From Nemertoderma westbladi (taxonomy: Eukaryota; Animalia; Xenacoelomorpha), in contig JAUCBJ010002719.1 in NCBI GenBank assembly GCA_032718475.1, positions 1 to 40,157 on the forward strand: a stretch of DNA of 40,157 nt, read 5' to 3'. The notes under the pieces were generated by a model. That model saw nothing but the letters and a program-made list of their open reading frames with translations, ran no database searches and was not told the origin of the DNA. The translations under genes and the position numbers were made by a program. How positions within the stretch are numbered: the first letter of the stretch is position 1; each line of letters starts with the position of its first letter. Below, in pieces: positions 1 through 10,874 of the stretch.

Positions 1-411
1 TCCTACTGGAACACTGACCAATTCCAATTCTGCAATTAGATATTAATATTCACATACACTTTAAATTTCCCGCCATCACTCAACAATTATATTGAATTGC
101 CTCCATGCTCTAGGGCTAGGGTACCTATATTGAGTGCACTTTGCGGACATGGGATCAGTAAAGGATTATCATATAAAGTTCGCAGTACATCATGATCATG
201 TAATCATCATATAAAGTATGTAAATTTAATTAGTCTTAACGAAGTCAGTTAAATATATTATTTATTGTGTTTGCCCTGAAAAGTAAAGTAATATGCTATT
301 TCATAAATAAAATATGAACTTATTATTACCCTCACATTGTCTGGCCCTATCAACGAGGCGTAGTTATCTTATATAAGTCTTTATTTATTATTAATCTTGA
401 TTTATTGATTG

Positions 412-596
412 AAACAGCAGCTTGGTCTAGTGGTGACTTTCCTGGGCTTATAATTAGGAAGCCCTGGTTCGATCCCTGGTTGAAATGGGGCTGCACTGTT
501 TGGGCACAGTGCTTTAAATGCTGCAGCCTAGCCCAACCCTGGCTTCCATCATTCTCTGGTCGATAAATGGGAACCAAGGTGGGAAACAGGGAAACA
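412..596 (+). mobile_element. tRNA-derived SINE with a Nin/Deu-like central domain
   Basis: Pol III A-box-like TGGTCTAGTGG (~423) and B-box GGTTCGATCCC (~466), followed by CTTCCATCATTCTCTGGTCGATAAATGGGAACCA, which resembles the Nin-domain core also present in the 9.2-9.4 kb SINE. Confidence 0.6.
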
Positions 597-1478
597 GTGA
601 ACATGTATTCCTTTAGGAAACAGAGTGGAAGGGTTTAATGTGGAAGATCACCCATGGTGGTGAACAGGCAATGCTTGAGGAAACAGAGTGGAAGGATTTC
701 CTGTGGAAGATCACCCATGGTGTTGAACAGGTATTCCTTTGGTAAACAGAATGGAAGGGCTTACTGTGGAATATCACCCATGGTGGTGAACAGGTATTCC
801 TTTAGTAAACAGAATGGAAGGGTTTACTGTGGAAGATCACCCATGGTGGTGAACAAGCTTTCCTTTAGGAAACAGAGTGGAAGTACAATTTACTGTTGAA
901 GATCACCCATGGTGGTGAACAGGCATTCCTTTAGGAAACAGAGTGGAAGTACAGTATTTACTATGGAAGATCACCCATGGTGGTGAACAGGCATTCCTTT
1001 AGGAATCAGAGTGGAAGGATTTACTGTGGAAGATCACCCATGGTGATACACAGGCATTCCTTTAGGAAACAGAGTGGAAGGATTACCGTGGAAGATCCCC
1101 ATGGTGGTGAACAGGCATTCCTTTAGGAAACAGAGTGGGAAGGGTTTACTGTGGAAAATCACCCATGGAGGTGAACAGGCATTCCTTTGGGAAAGAGAGT
1201 GGAAGGATTTACTGTGGAAGATCACCCATGGTGGTGAACAGGCATTCCTTTAGGAAACAGAGTGAAAAGGTTTACTGTGGAAGATCACCCACACCCATGG
1301 TGGTGAACAGGCATTCCTTAAGGAAACAGAGTGGAAGGATTTACTGTGGAAGATCACCCATGGTGGTGAACAGGCATTACATTAGGAAACAGAGTGAAAG
1401 GATTTAATGTGGAAGATCATCCATGGTGGTGAACAGGCATTCCTTGGTAAACAGAGTGGAAGGATTTACTGTGGAAGA
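597..1478. repeat. ~63-bp minisatellite, about 14 units
   Basis: Unit GGCATTCCTTTAGGAAACAGAGTGGAAGGATTTACTGTGGAAGATCACCCATGGTGGTGAACA repeated head-to-tail with small indels; it accounts for the 21-aa periodic ORFs. Confidence 0.95.
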
Positions 1479-2593
1479 TTGATTAATTGTTAAGGCGAAA
1501 AAATACAACTCATCTACCATCCATTACATGTAAGGGTAAATTAGGATGATGGCTCAATTGTTTTTCGAAATTCTTCTATACACTCCCAATTGTCTACAAT
1601 ACTGTAGTAGGCCTACAAAAAATTTTGATTGTCTGAAATTAAAAAAAAAATTTGATTGCCTCAAATGTACAACGTCATGCGATTCCGTGTCAATATAGTA
1701 TATTACTGAAGGCCTACTTTTTAAAGGATACAACTAGGCCGATTTATTTTTTTTTAATCTTAATACAGTATGCTTAATATAGTAAATCGTGCTTTAAACT
1801 ATGCGGTATTTTTTTCAGATAGTGGCGCACATTGATTCCAATTGAAAAAAGTGATATCCATCCCAAATTGGACGCATAATAAATAAAGTTTTGTTTATTG
1901 TTTTGGTTAGAATGTATATAACCAACTTATTTCCATTATTCTTTCAAATTAAATAAAGTTTTTAAACCCACTAAACACATACTGTATTTGGTGTTTGTCG
2001 TCATTTGGCGCTATTCAGTAATTTTTTATACTGTATATTTCATACATTATGTTACTAAATTTATCTCTATGAACTGTGAATTTATAATAGGCCTATATTA
2101 GTATATATATTATTAGCGCTGTTCGAATAATATTATTGATATGTTGTGTAATTACGTTATGTTCTCTATTACAATCCTCGCTAGCGCTCCGATTTTAAAA
2201 CGCCTCGCCCTGGGCACTAAGTAATACTATGAAGTGGTAGATTTTTACAGTATAATTAACTAACATCTCTGTTTATCTAAAATGATTGAACATTGTTTTA
2301 CGAAAAATATTGTTTGCAACTACAGTATAAGGGACAGGTTCGTAGGGACCTCGATTTATTTATATATATCAGTTTATTCTTCTATGATAATACAGTTGAA
2401 CTGCTACAGAACAGACTGCGCTGATTAAATTCGACGTTGGTTACATTGGTCGATTTACATTTAATTTATGTTTGTTTATTTCGAGTCAGGAAGCCAGGAC
2501 AATACTGGTAATTCATATTCCTATTGCTACAAAAACAATAAACATTTACCAAAATAATGTAGTAGTAATTCATTGATATTATTTTCGATATTA

Positions 2594-3163
2594 TCAGACG
2601 AGTTCCACCACAGCCCCAATAGCTTCCAGTTTAACTTTAAGATCATCAGCCTCTTCCTTAATCAAACCTTTCTTTAGAACTCCAGGTAAACTTTCTACAA
2701 ACTTCTTAGCATCAACTAAAGTAAGATCGCCAAGGGCTTTGGATTCTTTGATGAGTTGAATTTTCTTCGATCCATCAACAGAGATCACCTTAACATCGAA
2801 TATAGTTTTAACGCCTTTACTTTGCTTCTCTTCCCCTGGGACAGGATCAGTCAATTGTTGTGCCCCTGTCATGTTAGACATTGCCATGGGTACATCTTTA
2901 ATGTTGAGTCTGTTTTTGAGTAATTCCGTCAGCTGAGACACTTCTAATATAGTCAGTGTGGATATTTCAGCGACAAGGTGTTCTACTTTAGGTGGATAAA
3001 CTTTACCGCCTGTAGGCGCGACCGGTAGAGGGGAGGGTTCCACGGCGATGTTCTCGATTTCTCGCGAGGCGCAGAATCGACGACAAACGGCAGTCTGTAA
3101 CGTTCTCAATCGCCTCGGTCGGGGGTTGCTGAACCGACTTATTGTGCGGCCTAACAAAGTCAT
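2594..3163 (-). CDS. MRPL12: mitochondrial ribosomal protein bL12m (L7/L12 family), single coding exon, 189 aa from the first ATG
   Basis: Arg-rich N-terminal presequence; L12 N-domain (PPKVEHLVAEISTLTILEVSQLTELLK); C-domain (FDVKV...KKIQLIKE...LVDAKKFVESLPGVLKKGLIKEEADDLKVKLEAIGAVVELV). The ORF-track start at 3184 is TTG; the first ATG is at 3163. AATAAA lies on the - strand at 2475-2480. Confidence 0.9.
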   Translation of the reverse strand: MTLLGRTISRFSNPRPRRLRTLQTAVCRRFCASREIENIAVEPSPLPVAPTGGKVYPPKVEHLVAEISTLTILEVSQLTELLKNRLNIKDVPMAMSNMTGAQQLTDPVPGEEKQSKGVKTIFDVKVISVDGSKKIQLIKESKALGDLTLVDAKKFVESLPGVLKKGLIKEEADDLKVKLEAIGAVVELV

Positions 3164-3370
3164 ATTAAATAAATGGCGAAACAATAATTATAATATAAAT
3201 AAAATACGCTATTTATGAAAAATATACATACAATGAGGGGATGACAGAAACTGAACAGTCAGGCCTCATGTATTTCATTAAACCGGTCGGTAGGAAATAT
3301 CTTATATCTATTATTGTACTTTCTAGCTATAAGTAGGAGTATGTGCGAGTATGCGACGTGCATCCTACCT

Positions 3371-3379
3371 ACCGGAAGT
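3371..3379. promoter_or_regulatory. ETS-type motif ACCGGAAGT upstream of MRPL12
   Basis: Exact CCGGAAGT about 210 bp upstream of the ATG. ETS/GABP sites are common in promoters of housekeeping and mitochondrial-protein genes, but this is a single short match. Confidence 0.25.
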
Positions 3380-4812
3380 ACCTGTCAGCATGTAAATTAT
3401 ATGTTGCCGTTGTAAGACTATAAGTGTAAGTGTTGACTATATGGTGCTTGGCTACAAGTAACAGATTAAAGTGAAAGGCTGGCTGATTGTCTTAGCATTC
3501 GCGGTCAGCCGGTTGACTGGTTGAATCTAACGGAGGAACTGTTTCGGTACCGGTACAAACAGAGATAGCCTTCGCCGGTACAGTTCGGACGGGTGAAAGA
3601 AGGAAAAATTACCCCGAGAACTATTCAAACGTAAAGAACAACCTGTGGTTCATCGGTAGGCGGTGAGGGTGAGGCATGTATACTGCCTTACTGGTATACT
3701 GGTATTCTAGACGTAGATGTAGTGTGCCTGTTGTGCTACAGTATAAATATTCAAATTTCCCACCAGAATAAACATCATAATGTATGGACGGTGTTATGTT
3801 AACATAAATATCATCATACGGTGTATGTTAACACTAGAACGCCATCAAGATGGCTTTAAACGAACCTGTCTTACACGGACTCCAAGAAACAGATGGGATT
3901 GGAAGATGCAAACCAAGAATGACTTGCATCAACCAAAAAACTGCCTCCCATCTAATGTAATACACATTCGCCTAGGCAAACAAATCATAATCACAATTAC
4001 TACGATGATGTGTGAAATGGTATCCATATCCGCAACCTGAGAAACGGCCCAAAAGAGCAGTTTATTCTGCGGAGGGGTCTTTTCTGTATTAGATAAATAA
4101 AATAAAGAACACTATAATTACAGTATTTATACCTGATACATTCTCAGTTAGCCTAATAAAAACATCGGAGCAACCAATATAATGTACATGTACAAGCCTC
4201 CTATGAAAGTTTGTGAAATGTTCCCTTAAGTCTACCCAACAGCCGTTGGTACCCGGCTGGCAGCCACCCTGGTTCAGTTTTCTGGTTTTGTTAGTTTAAT
4301 CGACAGCTGTTGTAAACGTCCCAGATATACAAAACCTACTAAGCCTTTGCATTACAATTGAGCTTAGCCTAAGTTGATGACAGTATTATAACGATGACAA
4401 TTAGGCCCTATAGATACATACGATATATAAATGATGTACTGCTTGACATTACACTAACTGACTGAATAGAGATAGAACTATAATAATATAATACTGTAGT
4501 AATGTAGAAACGTAACTCAAATTAACAATAAGTAGTGAAATGTTGTTCACCTGACAAAGTGTAGCTGTGGGTATTTAATTTCGCGTTCCATAATGTTGAT
4601 AATAGGCTGATATATCGAATATCGCACATCGAATCGTTCCCAACTTTATTATTCAACAACTAGATACTAATTGATAAATAGTCGCGTTAAAAATTGTTGT
4701 GTACCTGCTTGAGTTTTTGAGATATTGGATGGTTATACACACATACACACACACTCGTGTTTTTGAACGGCTCAACTCTTGACAAGAACTACCCAGTCTA
4801 AAGACAGGTTCG

Positions 4813-5527
4813 TATAAATATCATCATACGGTGTTATGTTAACATAAATATCATAATACGGTGTTATGTTAACATAAATATCATAATACGGTGTTATGTT
4901 AACATAAATATCATCATACGGTGTTATGTTAACATAAATATCATCATACGGTGTTATGTTAACATAAATATCATCATACGGTGTTATGTTAACATAAATA
5001 TCATCAAACGGTGTTATGTTAACATAAATATCATCATACGGTGTTATGTTAACATAAATATCATCATACGGTGTTATGTTTACATAAATATCATCATACG
5101 GTGTTATGTTAACATAAATATCATCATACGGTGTTATGTTAACATAAATATCATCATACGGTGTTATGTTAACATAAATATCATCATACAGTGTTATGTT
5201 AACATAAATATCATCAAACGGTGTTATGTTAACATAAATATCATCATACGGTGTTATGTTAACATAGATATCCTCATACGGTGTTATGTTAACATAAATA
5301 TCATCATACGGTGTTATGTTAACATAAATATCATCATACGGTGTTATGTTAACATAAATATCATCATACGGTGTTATGTTAACATAGATATCCTCATACG
5401 GTGTTATGTTAACATAAATATCATCATACGGTGTTATGTTAACATAGATATCCTCATACGGTGTTATGTTAACATAAATATCATCATACGGTGTTATGTT
5501 AACATAAATATCATCATACGGTGTTAT
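4813..5527. repeat. 30-bp minisatellite, about 24 near-identical units
   Basis: Unit GTGTTATGTTAACATAAATATCATCATACG, containing the 14-bp palindrome TTATGTTAACATAA. About 1.5 orphan units also occur at ~3788-3833. Confidence 0.97.
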
Positions 5528-5775
5528 GCAAAAGGAAGCCACAAAAGTTCAATTTAGATAAATCGATGCCAATTGGCATCCTGTCTGTGATCGTTGTTGT
5601 ATTATCCAGATACTGTTGTGTTTTTATAAAAAAAACATTTAGGAAAATTAAAGTATTTTTAAAGTTTTTGTGCTAGAATATAATATTTTTCTGAAATATA
5701 TATCAAAATGTAGCTTACAACTTTTGGAAAAATTGATATTTGGCAAACGCTAAATTGTCAAAAGGTGTCATACTT

Positions 5776-6209
5776 TATGTCCTATTTCAGATGAGGCAAA
5801 TACATATTGAATAACTCCAGTAGTTTTCGAGAATCGGGGAGTTCCTGACACCAATTCCAGCACATTTCGGACATGAACAAAATTACTCAAAATAAAGTAA
5901 AGCTCCCTCTAAAGAGCCAACTATATTATTAATTTTTGCTGTGTTGAATTAATTATTAACAATCGAAAGTGAGATTTGAAGTCAAAACACCGATTTTTAA
6001 TAAACACAAAATTAATAATGGTTATATCAAAGTCTTTAAAAGGGCGATAGATAGAGGCGTAATTTGAGTTTTTTTTAGTTAGTTTTTTTTTCCAATTCTG
6101 AAAGGTGCTGACATGACATGGGTGCCAGTGCCAGGAACTCCCCATAACTCGAAAACTACCTTAGCTATTTAATTTTTATTTGCCTCATCTTCATCTGAAA
6201 GAGGACATA
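5776..6209. mobile_element. MITE-like element, or internal part of one, with long imperfect inverted repeats
   Basis: TATGTCCTATTTCAGATGAGGCAAATA...GTAGTTTTCGAG...GGGGAGTTCCTGACAC (5776-~5865) is the imperfect reverse complement of GTGCCAGGAACTCCCC...CTCGAAAACTAC...ATTTGCCTCATCT...GAAAGAGGACATA (~6105-6209); no coding potential. Confidence 0.6.
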
Positions 6210-6489
6210 CTGTAGGCCTACTGCAATTTATGTCAGGGCCATGTACGTTTGACGCGCTAGACTAGACCCATTTTTTTTGGCCCACTAGCTGTACTGTACT
6301 ATAACCATGTAATGTACTGTACTATAACGGCCCACTAGATTTAGGAGCTTTGCAGCGGCTTGGCGGGTCGCATCTATAGTAGGCCTCAATCCATATATAA
6401 GTCACATTCATATTTAAGCTTTCAAACTTTTTTTTACAAACGTTTAAAAAGTATCTTTCCCATCAATTACAAATATTACAGCAATGGCA

Positions 6490-6628
6490 ATCGCACCGCA
6501 CCACACTCACCACAACTATTCTATGTTCGGATCGCACCGCACCGCACCACACTCACCACAACTATTCTATGTTCGGATCGCACCGCACCACACTCACCAC
6601 AGCTATTCTATGTTCGGATCGCACCGCA
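6490..6628. repeat. ~41-46-bp tandem repeat, about 3 units
   Basis: GATCGCACCGCACCACACTCACCACAACTATTCTATGTTCG repeated, abutting the (CTA)n LINE tail. Confidence 0.85.
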
Positions 6629-8702
6629 ACACTACTACTACTACTACTAGGATCGGCATGCTGCATTGCAGCTGCATTTTTAAGAATGCTGTGCCGGCTT
6701 GTCAACAAAATTGCACCGCCACAACTCCCTATCACCCATGACATTTGCTAGATCATCCGCATCTTTAAGGCCAGTGTCCTTTAAGATGCGTCTCAAGAAA
6801 GTCATGGGCTGTCCACCATGCTTATTCACTCCATGAGGCTGCCAAAGTACAAGATTATGCACTGGCTGGTCCTCACGGCGAAAGCAATGTCCTGCAAAGC
6901 GGAGGCGATTTTGTTCTAGTGTCAAGCTTGGGGGAACCAATGAGACACCTCCAATGTTATATAGTGTCTGGTTGGAGATGTGTGCATTGTACTTGACACA
7001 ATGAACCCGGCGTAGCATTCTTGTGAATGTGCCATCCAGAGATTTGGTGTCCTCAGCAGTTAGAGCCCAGCATGGACTCCCGTAGAGGAGTACTGGAATT
7101 ACTGCTGCTCTAAATAATCGGACCTTAAGTTTCCGATTAATTCTCGGTGACTTCCAAATCCTGGAAAGCTTATTCAAGGCTGCCCATGCCTTTCCCTTAC
7201 GTATTCGAAGGTCCTCACCTGACTTCCGGATCCATGATCCCAGGTAACAGAAGTCATCCACATGCTCAAGCATACCATCTTTTGAGCTTCTGCTCATCCG
7301 ATCAGAGAAGCAGCATGTTCTAATGAGCTGAGGAGCCGTTGGGCTCCCTCTAGTGATTCAGAGAGTACTCCTAAGTCATCAGCAAAGTCTAGATCAGTTA
7401 GGTACTTGGCAGGATTTCCTCGACTTCTGGAGCCAGTAGGTGGAGTTATCATCACCCCATCATCATTATGATGATCTAAGGACATGCGTAGAACATAGTC
7501 AACAACAATTATGAACAAGAATGGTGCAAGTGTGTCTCCCTGGAGGACGCCCCATAACACTTCAAATGGTTCTGTGTCACCATCAACAGTAGACACTAAT
7601 GTTGTCGAAAATCGTATACTGATCTGATTGTTGCAATAATTTCATCAGGAATCCCCTACAATAAAATGAAAGTATGATGAACATACGTGAGCGAGAGACT
7701 GAATTTAAAGGCCTTGAAGAAGTCAACAAAGATAACAGCCAGATGCCTGTCTTTCTTTTTTTACTCTTCAATTATCATTCTAAGTGCCAAAAAATGGGTT
7801 CCATGATCCCACGACCTTTACGGAACCCATTCTGATTTCCACGGAGCAGTCTCTCAATGGGATCACTGATGCGATTTAATAGAATTCTATTGTATAGCTT
7901 TGCAGCAATCGAGATCAATGAGATTCCCGAAAAGAACCATAGAGTGTTACGTTGCCCTTCTTGGGAACTGGCACTAACTTTTTTGTTTTCATTTCTAGTT
8001 GGACTCTTGTTGTTCTGTATATTTCTACTATGATGGGATAGATGAGCTTTAAATACTCAGGTATTTTAAAGACCTCAGGGGGAACACCATCTACTCCACT
8101 GGCACGATTGGTCTTAATGCTCTTTGCAACAGCCTTCACTTCTGCAAAGGAGATATCACCAATGGGAATATCTGGGAGTACAGACTCAGAGACTTTTACT
8201 TCTATAAAGTTATCAGGCAATACCCTGTCATTGTTGAGGAGCTTTTCAAAGTGGGCCTTCCAACCATTGAGGCGATCGGCTGGTGATTCAGCCTTAACCT
8301 TGGTGGTTGGTTGGCTTTTTCGACCAGCAAGCAAGTTGATCGATCTCCATGCCTGGGATGATTGCCTGCTGTCGTCAGCATCATTGATGGCATCAACCTG
8401 TTGGTTTATTAGCTCCTGTAAATTAACAGAGTACTGCCTGTTCAGGGACCTAGATGCAGCCTTAACTGCATTCTTGGCCACTGTAGTCTGTTTGAGGCGA
8501 GACTCTTTCTGCACCTTGTAGAGGTCATTTCGGCACTTCTGAATTTTGTTGTCAGTCCAGGGGGCCCCGTTTCCTGTTTCGAGGGTATACAGGAACTGTT
8601 TCTGCAGCTGCTAACTTAACTGCCTCTGTGAAGGCAGTATAGATAGCCCTCACAGTGATCTGCTGCCTCAGAGGCAAGAACCTCATCATATTGACGATGA
8701 TA
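6629..8702 (-). mobile_element. 5'-truncated, frameshifted RTE-like non-LTR retrotransposon (family 1)
   Basis: Fragments ASGVDGVPPEVFK, VPVPKKG, GVLQGDTLAPFLFIIVVDY, LDFADDL, FCYLGS and RLRFAGHC spread over several frames; (TAG)n 3' tail seen as (CTA)n at 6629-6648. Confidence 0.9.
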
Positions 8703-9160
8703 CTTTGTAATTCCTTCTTGGAGGTTGCTGGAATCATGTCTCGTACTACTTTAACTTTCTTAGGATCTGGTAAAAATCCTTCTTTGTTTATAATTTCTCC
8801 ACAGAATACAATTTCTGATTGAGCAAAACAACACTTCTTTATGCCTATAGTTAGGCCAGCTGCTCGTAGAGCTTGTAGCGATTGTCGTAATTGTACAAAA
8901 TGTTGCTCATTATTTTTTTATCCAAATGACAAACTCAGCCGATACTGAAACTGTCTTTAAGGTATTCTTGTTGGCTTCAATAAACCTATTGGTGTCGACT
9001 GAGTTAATAATGTCTGACTTTCTGCATCCATCGGTAACTGGTTATAGGCTTGAGCCATATCTAATTTCGTGAATATTGTACATCCTTGTAAATTCTCAGA
9101 CATTTCCTCAAGTGACATCAGTGGAAAATAATCCTTGATTAAATATTGGTTAACTGTTGA
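8703..9160 (-). mobile_element. Ty3/Gypsy reverse transcriptase fragment (decayed)
   Basis: Manual - strand translation gives IFTKLDMAQAYNQLPMDAESQTLLTQSTPIGL and LRAAGLTIGIKKCCFAQSEIVFCGEIINKEGFLPDPKKVKVVRDMIPATSKKELQS; the YxDD region is missing. Confidence 0.8.
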
Positions 9161-9169
9161 CTTGTCGCA

Positions 9170-9380
9170 AGCAAACAGTCGGCCGAAGCTGGAGGCGACC
9201 CGAAGGCTCCCCTTTGATAGCTGCTACCCGAGGGTAGGGGAGGGCGCTACTCCTATCCCAAGATTTGCACCCAGTTATTTAACTGGTACTCATTTTATCG
9301 ACCCCAGTGGATGAAAGGCTGAGTGGACCCTGGCGGGGCTGAACCTACAACCAATAGATTGTAGGCCCGGCGCTCAACCA
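9170..9380 (-). mobile_element. tRNA-derived SINE with Nin-like domain, 5' end clipped
   Basis: The - strand reads TGGTTGAGCGC...GGTTCAGCCCC (tRNA-like head), then CTCAGCCTTTCATCCACTGGGGTCGATAAAATGAGTACCAG (Nin-like core), then a GC-rich structured 3' part GGAGTAGCGCCCTCCCCTAC...GGGAGCCTTCGGGTCGCC. Confidence 0.7.
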
Positions 9381-10485
9381 ACAATCAAGACTAACCTGGC
9401 AAACTGTAAATGATGTTTCTGGTTAGAAAAGTTGTGCTAAAGGGTGCCTCAAAGCTGATAGTCCTGAAGAATGTGTTGGGAAATGGAAAGATCACTTCAG
9501 TAACTTGCTTGGGCAGCCACCAAAAATTGAGGTCAGCCCTACAAGTAAAAGATATCACAAGACGCTACATATAGAACCAGAGGACTTTACACCCGCCAAA
9601 CTCTAAAGAAGCATTAAAATCATGTCCAATTATTATAAAGCGAGTGGATTAGATGAAATCCCTGCAGAGGTATGGAAAACAGGTATGCTAAACAGACCAT
9701 TATTGGATGATTGCAACCGGATGTTAAAAGGGGAAAAGCCACCACCAATTTGGACTAAAGGTCAAGGTCAACTAAAGCCTCTCCCTTAGAAAGGAGACCT
9801 CGGTGTACCAACAAACTATCGTGGGATCTGTCTGCTTGTGGTAGCTGTCAAAATATACAATAAAATGATTATATATATAATTACACCACATATATATATA
9901 TAATTACACATAGAGAAACTGCTACGATAGAGAAACTGGTAAGAGCCAATACGGATTTCGCCCAAATAAATCAACAATAGCTCAGATAATTGCACTATGG
10001 AGACTGATTGAAGGAATTAAGTCAAAGAATCTCCCTGCAGTCATGACTTTTGTGGACTTCAAGAAAGTATTCGACTCAATCCATAGAGGTAAAATGGTGG
10101 CAATCCTAAGAGCTTATGGATACCAGAAGTAATTTTGGCTGGCATTGGATTATTAAATTGTGACACAGAAGCTCAAGTACTCTCACCAGATGGTGAAACT
10201 GAGTTCTTCTCAATCCTTGCTGCATACTGCAAGATGACACATTGGCGCCAATACTATTTTTAATTGTACTGGATAATGCAATGAGAACAGGCAACAAAGA
10301 GTGAAGTTTACACAGGAGTTTACACTACAAGAACGCAGAAGTAATAGATATCTGACAACTACAGTCACAGACATTGACTTTGAGGATGACATCGCCCTGA
10401 TCTCTAATATGTTAGCAGATGCACAGCTTCTACTGAGTAAAGTGGAGAGGGCTGCTAAGGAGGTTGGATTGCATATAAATACTAC
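9381..10485 (+). mobile_element. RTE-like LINE family 2, copy A, 5' part (decayed)
   Basis: Encodes ASGLDEIPAEVWKTG, FVDFKK, DIDFEDDIAL and AKEVGLHINT; breaks at CATATAAATACTAC and resumes at 22770. Confidence 0.88.
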
Positions 10486-10874
10486 TACTACTAGGTCGAG
10501 CCAACTCAGACAGTGGAAATGAGATCCTTCCAGGCTTCCCGATTCTCCATAGTTGTCGCAATTTCGTTTGTCCCAAGTTCAGTATCCCTTTCAAGTTGAT
10601 CTATATATGTTATGGCCGGTCGTCCACGACTACGCTTTCCATGAGTTGGTTGCCAGAGAAGTAGATCTGGTATGACCTCGTCTTTACTTCGCCAGCAGTG
10701 CCCACTGAATCTTAATTTGCGTTCACGGAGGGTGGTTGATACAGGTGGTATTGTACCATAAAGCTCGACGTTTGTCATGTGTTGTCTCCAGCTGATGTTT
10801 AGGGCTGCCCTTAGTAGTCTTATGTAGCAACCATAAATTCGTTGTTCAAGTGATTTAGTCAGTGTCCAGGTCTC
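10486..10874 (-). mobile_element. RTE-like LINE family 2, copy B, 3' end with (TAG)n tail
   Basis: ETWTLTKSL...RERKLRFSGHCWR...RGRPAITYIDQL; near-identical to the reverse complement of 23055-23455. Confidence 0.88.

Noticed and set aside
412-482. tRNA gene
   Set aside because: A/B boxes are present but no clean cloverleaf could be drawn, and it continues into a SINE-type core.
654-1407. Short ORFs with 21-aa periodicity
   Set aside because: They are translations of the 63-bp minisatellite, and indels shift the frame repeatedly.
2330-3872. MRPL12 captured between inverted GACAGGTTCGT motifs (Pack-type element)
   Set aside because: Only 11 bp of inverted match and no TSD, which is insufficient support.
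4772-5542. 256-aa ITPYDDIYVN repeat ORF, or a CRISPR-like array of 30-bp palindromic repeats
   Set aside because: The repeats are contiguous with no spacers and there are no cas genes in this eukaryotic context; the ORF is a by-product of a stop-free 30-bp unit and lacks an ATG start.
8552-8737. Gypsy-RTE fusion ORF
   Set aside because: Chance in-frame junction of two decayed fragments.
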